Shown piece after piece: positions 45,141 through 52,828 of a stretch of 52,828 bases of DNA. The position numbers and the translations under genes were made by a program. Below the pieces are notes generated by a model. It was not told the origin of the DNA. It did no database searches and saw only the letters and a program-made list of their open reading frames with translations. How positions within the stretch are numbered: the stretch's first letter is position 1; every line of letters starts with the position of its first letter. Source of the DNA: Chitinophagaceae bacterium (lineage in GTDB: Bacteria > Bacteroidota > Bacteroidia > Chitinophagales > Chitinophagaceae); assembly GCA_039932855.1 (NCBI GenBank), contig JBDTPD010000001.1, positions 1 to 52,828 on the forward strand, written 5' to 3'.

Positions 45141-47521
45141 TATTCTGTCCGCAGGCTCTTTCCCGGATTCACGATGGCCGCTTTGATAGATTGATAGCTG
45201 ATAGTTAGTGCTACAAATACAATGATTGATACACCTGCAATGATAAAAGCACTGGCTCCTATATTTACCCGGTAAGCAAATCCTGACAGCCAGCTATGCA
45301 TTGCCCACCATGATAAGGGAAATGCGAGCAACATAGCAATGATGACCAGTTTGACAAAATCTTTTGACAACAACATCATCACATTCCCCACCGATGCGCC
45401 CAATGCTTTGCGGATACCGATCTCTTTTGTTCTCACCTCTGCATTATATGCTGCTAATCCAAACAAACCCAAACACGATATCAATATTGCCAATCCTGCA
45501 AAATATCTCGACAGCAATGACACCCGTTGTTCAGAAATGTATTGTGATTGATAAGTGGCATCTAAAAATTTATAATCAAATACATACCCCGGATTATAAC
45601 TTTTGTAAAAGGCCTCCACTTTACTCAACGTTTCTTTTTCCTGTCCCCCCTTAATCTTTACCATAAAAATGGATGAATTTTCTGGTTCAAACCGGAAGAC
45701 CATCGGAGCAATCGTCTCATGTAATGACTTTATATGAAAATCTTTTACAACTCCTATGATCGTCACGTCCTTCCCCCACATGCTTACCCGCGTACCTACC
45801 GGATTTTTTAAGTGCATGGCATTAATAGCTGTTTCATTAAAAATCAATGAAGAAGTATCAGCTCCAAAGTCTTTAGAGAAACTTCTTCCTTCTTTAACCT
45901 GGATCCCTAATGTTTCCAATAAATCATAATCAACGGAACGCACTGCAAAATTTACCAGCTCATTTGGGTTTTTACCAGGCCAGTTAATACCGTAGGTAGC
46001 GCTACCACCAATTGTTTGTACTATATTACTTTGAATCGACGATGCATTGATAACGCCCGGAATTTTCTTTAATCCTAACATAAAATCTTCCGCACTTTCA
46101 TTCGCTTTTCCTTCTTTATCAAAATAAATTATGTTGTCTTTATTATACCCGAGATTTTCATTTTGCACATACTTTAATTGCTTGTAAATAACAATCACCG
46201 ATACGATCAATACCAACGACAGCATGAATTGAAATACAACCAATCCTTTTCTTGCAAGCAATTCAGCAAACGAACTCCTTAATTTTCCTTTCAATACAGT
46301 TACCGGGTTGAACCGTGATAAATAAATCGCCGGATAACTTCCCGCCACCAATCCCGTAAGTATTGCCACTCCCAACGCGCTTGTTAGTAGACCGGCACTG
46401 AGGTGAACTTTCATTTGTTTTCCTGTTACCTGGTTAAACATCGGCAGAAATAATAACACCATGACTGACGCAAGTATGACCGACAACAAGGCCATCACAA
46501 TTGCTTCTGACAAAAATTGTATGACCAATGCTCTTCGTGTAGATCCAACTGCTTTTTTTATTCCTACTTCTTTTTGTCTCCGAGATGCCTTTGCCGTAGA
46601 AAGATTCATGAAATTGATACAAGCGATCAGTAAAATAAAGATGGCGACAAGCGAAAACAATTTTACATATTCGATCCTTCCGCCTGTCAATACGCCGTTC
46701 TCATATTTATCATGCAGGTAGCCGCTTGAATAAGGTCTGACAAACAAGGTGAAAATGTTTCCCTTCCAGTAAGTAGTAAGGTAGTCCTTGATTTTTGCGT
46801 TGAACTTATCTATGTCCGTTCCTTTTTTTAATACCAAAAAAGTAGCAGGTCCTGTGTTTCCCCATTTGTATCCATTAGGCCAGACATCAGCCAGCAGTTT
46901 TTCATACGTCAATACAAAATCAAACTTCATACTATTATTAGCAGGAAGCCTGGCGAACACACCTGATACCGGTGACAATGTTTTATTTCCAAACAACTCC
47001 CATTCTATACTTTTCCCAATCGCTTTTTCCGGTGAGCCGAAAAGATTTATCGCAAGGTCCTCGGAGATCACAATCGAATTCTTTTGTGTCAATGCCGTTT
47101 GCGCGTTTCCCTGTAAAAAAGGAAATGAAAAAACAGTAAAGAAATCTTTGCCGGCAAATGTTCCGGACGACCTTACAACTTTTTCATCTGCTTTTATTGT
47201 TACGGCCATGGCTTCCCTTTGCAAAGACATCGATGCCACTGCAGATGTTACTTCAGGAAGATCTTTAGCCATACTTTCCGCCAGCAATCCCTGTGTATTG
47301 TCATGCACTTTGATATCATCATTCTCTTTATTCATCTCCATGACCTGGAACAGTTGCTTGTCATTCTTATTGAACTTGTCAAAGTTCCATTCATCCTGTA
47401 CCCATAAATAAATAAGAAAAGTGCAGGCAAGTCCTGTAGACAAACCAATGAGATTGATGAGGAAAGAACCCTTATGACGTTGCAGGTTCCTGAAAGCTAT
47501 AAGCAAGTTGTGTTGAAACAT
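45140..47521 (-). CDS. ABC transporter permease, FtsX/MacB-like (double FtsX domain)
   Basis: The start is moved to ATG 47521 ('MFQHNLLIAFRNLQRHKG', the canonical N-terminus of this family). It has two 4-TM FtsX modules and MacB-type periplasmic domains. Confidence 0.85.
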   Translation of the reverse strand: MFQHNLLIAFRNLQRHKGSFLINLIGLSTGLACTFLIYLWVQDEWNFDKFNKNDKQLFQVMEMNKENDDIKVHDNTQGLLAESMAKDLPEVTSAVASMSLQREAMAVTIKADEKVVRSSGTFAGKDFFTVFSFPFLQGNAQTALTQKNSIVISEDLAINLFGSPEKAIGKSIEWELFGNKTLSPVSGVFARLPANNSMKFDFVLTYEKLLADVWPNGYKWGNTGPATFLVLKKGTDIDKFNAKIKDYLTTYWKGNIFTLFVRPYSSGYLHDKYENGVLTGGRIEYVKLFSLVAIFILLIACINFMNLSTAKASRRQKEVGIKKAVGSTRRALVIQFLSEAIVMALLSVILASVMVLLFLPMFNQVTGKQMKVHLSAGLLTSALGVAILTGLVAGSYPAIYLSRFNPVTVLKGKLRSSFAELLARKGLVVFQFMLSLVLIVSVIVIYKQLKYVQNENLGYNKDNIIYFDKEGKANESAEDFMLGLKKIPGVINASSIQSNIVQTIGGSATYGINWPGKNPNELVNFAVRSVDYDLLETLGIQVKEGRSFSKDFGADTSSLIFNETAINAMHLKNPVGTRVSMWGKDVTIIGVVKDFHIKSLHETIAPMVFRFEPENSSIFMVKIKGGQEKETLSKVEAFYKSYNPGYVFDYKFLDATYQSQYISEQRVSLLSRYFAGLAILISCLGLFGLAAYNAEVRTKEIGIRKALGASVGNVMMLLSKDFVKLVIIAMLLAFPLSWWAMHSWLSGFAYRVNIGASAFIIAGVSIIVFVALTISYQSIKAAIVNPGKSLRTE

Positions 47522-47728
47522 AGTAGAGATATTAAATGTAACTATGCTTTGCAACTAAAAAAATGCCGGAGTAATATGGCATTGGGTTTCAATGATCTGT
47601 ATTAAAAACGGGGAAGCGGGTGTTCGGTTTTGATACGATGGGTGTTCAATTTCAGATAAGCCAAGAGTTTGCTATTGCACTTTGCAATATCAAAGCATAC
47701 ATTTTACGGTTTATGAGCAGACTAATTT

Positions 47729-47757
47729 CTTTGAGGTCACAAATTTTGACCTCAAAG
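47729..47757. repeat. palindrome related to the ORF6N-motif palindrome (diverged copy)
   Basis: 'CTTTGAGGTCA-caaattt-TGACCTCAAAG' has 11-bp arms. Confidence 0.8.
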
Positions 47758-47818
47758 AGTCATTTTTGTTGCCGAAAGAGGGGTTTTCGTTTTTAATAAA
47801 TTGATTTTTAGTCACTTG

Positions 47819-47845
47819 TTTGAGGACGCAAATTGCGTCCTCAAA
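47819..47845. repeat. palindrome identical in core to an intragenic ORF6N sequence; probable terminator of the ORF6N gene
   Basis: 'TTTGAGGACGCAAATTGCGTCCTCAAA'. The 21-nt core GAGGACGCAAATTGCGTCCTC is identical to 48178-48198. It lies 9 nt past the ORF6N stop. Confidence 0.8.
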
Positions 47846-47854
47846 GCTTTTCTA

Positions 47855-48391
47855 CTAATTTTCGGGCTCTGGTTCACCCTTTCTTTTAAACCCAATCTTT
47901 CTTCGGGGTGGTTGTGACGGATGAATAAGTTTTTTTAAGTGTTCAAAAATGACAGCAATATGCAGATCATGTCCTTGTAAATTACTTTCAATTTTTTGTA
48001 ATTGAAGTAATATGTCTTTATTAGAAAAAAGCAATTCCCGCATTTTTGTAAATACCCTGATGATCTGAATATTAACCCGAATAGCGGTCTCACTATTTAA
48101 TACACTGGACAACATCGCTACTCCTTGTTCAGTGAAACAAAATGGAGGATATCTTAATCCGCCCTTTAAAGAATTGGAGGACGCAAATTGCGTCCTCCAA
48201 TTTTCTAATTCACTTGCTGACATCACAAACATGAAATCTTCGGGAAAACGATCTATATTTCTTCTGATTGCCTCTTTTAATCTCTTGTTTTCTACTTGAT
48301 ATAAGTTTGCTAAATCCATATCCAGCATTACTTTTCGGCCACGAATCAGATAAACTTTACTGCTAATCATCTCTTCAGATACAATTGACAT
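47855..48391 (-). CDS. ORF6N-domain (KilA-N-related) protein
   Basis: 178 aa with 'IRGRKVMLDMDLANLYQVENKRLKEAIRRNIDRFPEDFMF' and 'FCFTEQGVAMLSSVLNS', typical of the ORF6N family. Confidence 0.8.
   Translation of the reverse strand: MSIVSEEMISSKVYLIRGRKVMLDMDLANLYQVENKRLKEAIRRNIDRFPEDFMFVMSASELENWRTQFASSNSLKGGLRYPPFCFTEQGVAMLSSVLNSETAIRVNIQIIRVFTKMRELLFSNKDILLQLQKIESNLQGHDLHIAVIFEHLKKLIHPSQPPRRKIGFKRKGEPEPEN
48174..48200. repeat. intragenic palindrome encoding the ORF6N 'WRTQFASS' motif
   Basis: 'TTGGAGGACGCAAATTGCGTCCTCCAA' lies inside CDS 47855-48391. Confidence 0.85.
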
Positions 48392-48562
48392 AATAGTAGT
48401 TTAAATATTAACTAACGCATTCTTTAAAAATTGGATATCACAATTTGTGATACCCAATTTTCTTCAAACCTAAATTCATCAGCAATCCTAACCATTGCTT
48501 TTTCATCAAAATAAAAGGGGAATTTTCTGACAGAACCGTCAGGTAATAGCAGAATGCTATCG

Positions 48563-50089
48563 CTAAATTTCATTGCTTATATTCGAAATATTCCTGGTAA
48601 GCATGATATTATTTATCCGGAAATGATCTTTTACCTTTTTTTCAAATCCTTCTCTGACTACTAATAACATTTTTCCTTTGTGATCAGTCAACACCTCTCT
48701 TAGTATCATCGCAAAACCTTCATCTCTTAATTCCATCGGACCAATCTCATCAATGATCAACCAACCATTCTTATTCATTCCATCACGAATAATTCCGATG
48801 GCTTTATCAAAGGCAGCCTTACTAAACGTAAATCTTCCAACGATCAATATTTCTGTTTCGCCTTCTGCTGCCTCCATGGCGAACTGTTCCTTCGTTCGCA
48901 CATTCATAAAAACACGTTTGTCATTAACTACCGGAGTAAGGATGCCCCAGGCATCTTTTCTTTTCTCCGACCAGTTTATCAATGAAGTGGTCTTGCCAGT
49001 TTGTATCGGACCAGTAAGAATAAAGACTTGTCTTTTATTTGCCGGTTCCAATGCATTTACCAAAATGATCTTACCAGTCACAATTAATCTCTTCCATCCT
49101 TTTCTGCCTGCAGAAGCTCTCCAGCTTTGAGCTGCCAGCTCCTGCGTAGCTGGTAACAGTTCCAATACTTTTTGTATTTCAGCACGGCTTGCTGTTTTCT
49201 TTCGCTGCAACCAATAATGCAATAATTTTTTCAGCAATGGATTAAAAATAAAATACCAACCCAATACAATGATCACTGATCGTATTAATATCTTCAATGA
49301 AATATGTGAAGGCAACAATGGTTTGCCGATATTAAAATACGATTGTACATAGAGCAAGATCAATACGATCCACACTACAAACATTCCTCTTTCTACAAAT
49401 CTTTTCTTTTTGGTACGCTCCGGCATTAAAACATTTTCTGCGTCTCCGCCTTCACGCTCCCATCCCCGTAGCCATCGTGAATTATGTTGATTCTTACTCC
49501 AGTTATTAATTCTTTCCGGTAATATCGATGCCCATCTGCCAATCATGATACCTGCAATCAGATGAAGAAATACATAACCCCCACCAATCAATAGACTATA
49601 ATTAGTAGTAACTGCTTGACCGGTCAATCCATTTATAAAATCATTGATCGCTTTCCAGAATGCGGTTCCATAAATAACCGTAAGCATAATGATCCGCTGA
49701 AATCCTGATTCCAGCAATGCCAATAACGCGAACAACATGCAGGAAACTTTATAGAATCGCCTGTTCCAGAATAATAATTCTCCTAACACCCCCTGGAAAA
49801 GCACCGCGATATAAGCAGGAAAAGGCGCCTGCGGACTCAGCATCATTTTAAATACTGCTACGATTACTGTTGCTTTGAAAATAGATCCCTTCGCTGGCAC
49901 ATACCAGGCGATCAGGGAAATGCATATCACCGCACAGCCGCCAACGACCAATCCGGAGACAGGGATCTTTAATCCATGAATAATTCCACCCAACATTGCT
50001 TCAGATAAAACCCAAAGTGCAATAAGGCGATAATACACAAGTGATCCTTCACCTATTGGGCGACTTGTTATAGTTTGCTGTTGATTCAT
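48563..50089 (-). CDS. fusion protein: N-terminal multi-pass membrane domain plus C-terminal P-loop NTPase (THEP1/DUF2478-like)
   Basis: 508 aa with about 8 TM segments in aa 1-300. The C-terminal domain has Walker A 'LTGPIQTGKTT' and Walker B 'WLIIDEIGPMEL'. Confidence 0.55.
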   Translation of the reverse strand: MNQQQTITSRPIGEGSLVYYRLIALWVLSEAMLGGIIHGLKIPVSGLVVGGCAVICISLIAWYVPAKGSIFKATVIVAVFKMMLSPQAPFPAYIAVLFQGVLGELLFWNRRFYKVSCMLFALLALLESGFQRIIMLTVIYGTAFWKAINDFINGLTGQAVTTNYSLLIGGGYVFLHLIAGIMIGRWASILPERINNWSKNQHNSRWLRGWEREGGDAENVLMPERTKKKRFVERGMFVVWIVLILLYVQSYFNIGKPLLPSHISLKILIRSVIIVLGWYFIFNPLLKKLLHYWLQRKKTASRAEIQKVLELLPATQELAAQSWRASAGRKGWKRLIVTGKIILVNALEPANKRQVFILTGPIQTGKTTSLINWSEKRKDAWGILTPVVNDKRVFMNVRTKEQFAMEAAEGETEILIVGRFTFSKAAFDKAIGIIRDGMNKNGWLIIDEIGPMELRDEGFAMILREVLTDHKGKMLLVVREGFEKKVKDHFRINNIMLTRNISNISNEI

Positions 50090-50326
50090 GCTTTAATGGA
50101 ACACAGAACATTCATAAGATGATAATTATTGCATGTTCTTCTGTTCGGGAATTGTTTTAACAGCAGGCGATCATTGGCGGCTCCCAGGTCCGCCTTTCAT
50201 TACTCCAATTATACTAACTTTAAAGGCAATAATAAAAACCATTTTGACATCTCTTACCCTTAATGATAAATAGCTGACTTTTCCAGGGTATTATACGATA
50301 TTCCCATTACTCCTTAAAACCAGCAC

Positions 50327-50863
50327 ATGCAGAAGCTGACCATTCTCTTCGGTACTATTGTTATTGCGATCTTGCTAACGTCCGTTTATGTGATGGTTCA
50401 AAACTTTATTGCCTTTTCAATTTCTCCCGACTACTTTACTCAAATTAAATTTCCTTCTTTTTCCTATGATTCAATTATGCCCGGTAGTGAGAGAGAAAAA
50501 GCCGTTATGCTGGGTCTTTCTTCAGCATGGTGGATTGGAATAATTATCGGCGCCGCAGTAGGATTTACTGCCATGCTCTACAATGACTATGGCTATATGA
50601 GAGCAGCAGTAAGAAATGGCTTCCTGGTCATATTTTGTACTGTCACCATCATTAATTTCATACTACTGATTATTGGAAAATTTTATTGGTCCAGAACAGA
50701 TGCTGCATTAACTCCGTTGGTTCCGGACAAAGACAATTTTGTTGCCGTTAAATCAGTCGATGATTTTATCATGTATGCTGTTATCGCCGGAGTTGTTTTT
50801 GCGCTTGTTTATATGGTCGCTAACAAAGCACGACTGGTGCGATTAAACACGGCCTCCTTGTAA
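50327..50863 (+). CDS. hypothetical membrane protein
   Basis: 178 aa with 4 hydrophobic segments. No motif recognised. Confidence 0.4.
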   Translation: MQKLTILFGTIVIAILLTSVYVMVQNFIAFSISPDYFTQIKFPSFSYDSIMPGSEREKAVMLGLSSAWWIGIIIGAAVGFTAMLYNDYGYMRAAVRNGFLVIFCTVTIINFILLIIGKFYWSRTDAALTPLVPDKDNFVAVKSVDDFIMYAVIAGVVFALVYMVANKARLVRLNTASL

Positions 50864-50921
50864 AATAACTCTTACGTCGTTATCGATATCCATAGTTTAA
50901 AACTAAGGATAACCTTTGAAA

Positions 50922-51989
50922 CTACGGATAGCGTTTGGCTCGCACATATTGCTTTGGCCATTCTGTTTTCGCTTTCAATTCTTCAGCAGCCGTTAACGCA
51001 AAATAGGGATCACGTAATGATTGTCTTGCAATGAAAATAAGATCGGCTTTCCCTTCTTTCAATATTTCTTCTGCCTGTTTTGGTTCTGTGATCAATCCTA
51101 CTGCACCTGTTAAGATTCCTGTCTTTCTTAATTTTGCAGCGAATGGTACCTGGTAGCCGGGACCTACTGGTATTTTTTGATGAGGTGATACACCACCTGA
51201 CGAACAATCAACAAGATCTATTCCCTTTCCTTTTAGCAACTCTGCCAATTTTACTGAATCATCTTCTGTCCAACCACCTTCTACCCAATCAGTAGAGGAA
51301 ATTCTCACAAACAAAGGCAATTTGTCTGGCCATTCTGTTTGAATCGCTTCAATTATTTCCAATAAAAATCTTGTCCTGTTTTCAAAACTGCCGCCATACT
51401 CATCAGTTCGCTGATTACTTAAGGGTGATAAAAATTCATTGATCAAATAACCATGTGCCGCATGTATCTCAATTACTTTATATCCTGCTTTCACCGCTCT
51501 TGCAGCAGCAGCTTTAAAGTCTGCTACTACTTTTCTTATTCCTTCTTTGCTTAATGCAACAGGCGCTTCTTCCTCTTCTTTAAAAGGAATAGCAGAAGGT
51601 GCTACTGTTTGCCAGCCTCCTTCATTCGATTTTATTTGCTTACCGCCTTCCCACGGCACTTTACAACTTGCTTTACGTCCGGCATGTGCCAGTTGTACAC
51701 CAGCAACAGATCCATGTTCATTAATAAAACGGGTAATGGTTTTTAATTTTTCAATATGTTCATCTTTCCAGATGCCAATATCACCCGGAGAAATACGACC
51801 CTCCACAGATACAGCCGTTGCTTCCTGTATTACCAATGCAGCGCCGCCAACAGCACGGCTGCCCAGGTGAACAAGGTGCCAGTCAGTAGCAAATCCATCC
51901 GTGGATGAATATTGGCACATGGGAGAAATTATAAGTCTGTTTTTAAACGTAATGTCTTTGATAGTGAGAGGAGAAAATAATGTAGACAT
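50922..51989 (-). CDS. namA: NADPH dehydrogenase / Old Yellow Enzyme-family flavin oxidoreductase (YqjM/NamA-like)
   Basis: 355 aa with 'SPMCQY', 'HLVHLGSRAVGGA', 'QLAHAGRK', 'IEIHAAHGYLI.EFLSPL.N.R.DEYGGS' and 'RIS..DW'. Confidence 0.9.
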   Translation of the reverse strand: MSTLFSPLTIKDITFKNRLIISPMCQYSSTDGFATDWHLVHLGSRAVGGAALVIQEATAVSVEGRISPGDIGIWKDEHIEKLKTITRFINEHGSVAGVQLAHAGRKASCKVPWEGGKQIKSNEGGWQTVAPSAIPFKEEEEAPVALSKEGIRKVVADFKAAAARAVKAGYKVIEIHAAHGYLINEFLSPLSNQRTDEYGGSFENRTRFLLEIIEAIQTEWPDKLPLFVRISSTDWVEGGWTEDDSVKLAELLKGKGIDLVDCSSGGVSPHQKIPVGPGYQVPFAAKLRKTGILTGAVGLITEPKQAEEILKEGKADLIFIARQSLRDPYFALTAAEELKAKTEWPKQYVRAKRYP

Positions 51990-52089
51990 ATTTGTTTGAC
52001 ATTAAGATTGGTAAATTTTGGAATTGGGAAATCGGGAACTTTTCGAACCGTCTAATAGTCCTTAAATTTATGTAATAAACACCCTTACG

Positions 52090-52692
52090 ATGAGATCAAT
52101 TTCCCAATCTCTGATATTAACGTTCTTAATCCTAAATGGTTTTCCTGCATTTTCCCAGGACGACTACTCTATCCGTGATTTAAAAGCCGGTAAGTTCAAG
52201 GAAGACAAGAGTTATATCTATGATCTCCCATTTGAAAGTAAAAAGAAGGTCTTCCTGATCCAGGCGTATGAAAGTAAGATGAGTCACAAAGGTGAGCGTG
52301 CCCTGGATTTCAAAGTAAGAAAGCAAACAAAGATCTGCGCGGCACGCGACGGCATTGTAGTCGCTGCGAGAAAAGATTCTGATAAAGGCGGACTAAAGCC
52401 AGAAAATCTTTCTGATGGTAATTATGTTTCTATTCAACACAATGACGGCTCTGTTGCCCACTACTGGCACCTGCAAAAAGACGGTGTTGTCGTAAATGTT
52501 GGTGATACTGTTCAAAAAGGTCAGTGGATCGGATTGAGCGGTAACACCGGCTATTCAGCTTTTCCGCATCTCCATTTTGAAGTACAGGGATATGATGCAT
52601 CCGGTAACTATAAGCAGCTGGCTACGAGATTCAATACCAATAAGGGTGTCCTCTATTTACGGCCGGGTAAATTCTATAAAACAAGACACTAA
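52090..52692 (+). CDS. M23-family metallopeptidase
   Basis: 200 aa with a signal peptide and the blocks 'ALDF', 'HNDGSVAHYWHL', 'GLSGNTGYSAFPHLHFEV'. Confidence 0.8.
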   Translation: MRSISQSLILTFLILNGFPAFSQDDYSIRDLKAGKFKEDKSYIYDLPFESKKKVFLIQAYESKMSHKGERALDFKVRKQTKICAARDGIVVAARKDSDKGGLKPENLSDGNYVSIQHNDGSVAHYWHLQKDGVVVNVGDTVQKGQWIGLSGNTGYSAFPHLHFEVQGYDASGNYKQLATRFNTNKGVLYLRPGKFYKTRH

Positions 52693-52696
52693 CTAA

Positions 52697-52776
52697 TTAA
52701 GAATTATGAGTTATGAATTATGAATGGCGCTGGAATCGGGATCATATTCTGCATTCATAATTCATAACTCATAATT
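52697..52776. repeat. hairpin of the 'cataactcataatt' family (copy 3)
   Basis: The arm 'aattatgagttatgaattatgaatg' (52702-52726) pairs with 'cattcataattcataactcataatt' (52752-52776). Confidence 0.85.
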
Positions 52777-52828
52777 TCTGTCTTTAGTTTATGCATTTTT
52801 AGTGTTCAGCACATCTTAAGATCATACA

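Noticed and set aside
50090-50326. Possible riboswitch in the long leader of the membrane-NTPase gene
   Set aside because: Reading the minus strand, I could not find a B12 box, TPP 'CUGAGA…ACCUGAUCUGGAUAAUGCCAGCG', SAM, FMN or c-di-GMP consensus elements. It is reported only as an unexplained leader inside the finding for that gene.

Overview
This 52.8-kb chromosomal window looks like a Bacteroidota genome, probably Chitinophagaceae or Sphingobacteriia-like. That placement is inferred from protein families, TAnnTTTG-type promoters and the intergenic repeat style. I found no rRNA, tRNA or CRISPR array by eye.

Most of the window is ordinary housekeeping and envelope genes:
- SCO/MerC pair, GH25 lysozyme, LytS/LytTR two-component pair, UvrD-type helicase
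- S8 and M28 peptidases, Ntn acylase, PLD-family protein, AraC regulator
- outer-membrane barrels, OmpA, Tet-like MFS transporter, CmoA, NifU, saccharopine dehydrogenase
- OHCU decarboxylase, FtsX-type permease, OYE reductase, M23 peptidase

Two things stand out.

1. **An AT-richer accessory block at about 35.3-43.9 kb with no integrase.** It holds:
- a tightly coupled three-gene operon (35397-38870) led by a GHKL (Hsp90/MORC/sacsin-like) ATPase, plus two proteins I cannot assign to any family. This is my best candidate for an undescribed defence or conflict system.
- a convergent vsr / C-protein / m5C-methyltransferase / restriction-endonuclease operon with a candidate C-box
- a DUF-like orphan gene and a HigB/HigA toxin-antitoxin pair

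2. **Nearly every intergenic gap outside that block is filled by long hairpin or nested inverted-repeat (REP/MITE-like) elements.** They fall into several recurring families. A solitary RAYT/IS200-like HUH transposase gene sits at 3.5-4.2 kb.

Smaller items:
- an ORF6N gene whose conserved motif is encoded by a palindrome that is repeated twice downstream
- a promoter-plus-terminator-bounded candidate sRNA at about 20.8-21.0 kb

All functional calls are motif or recall based. No searches were run.
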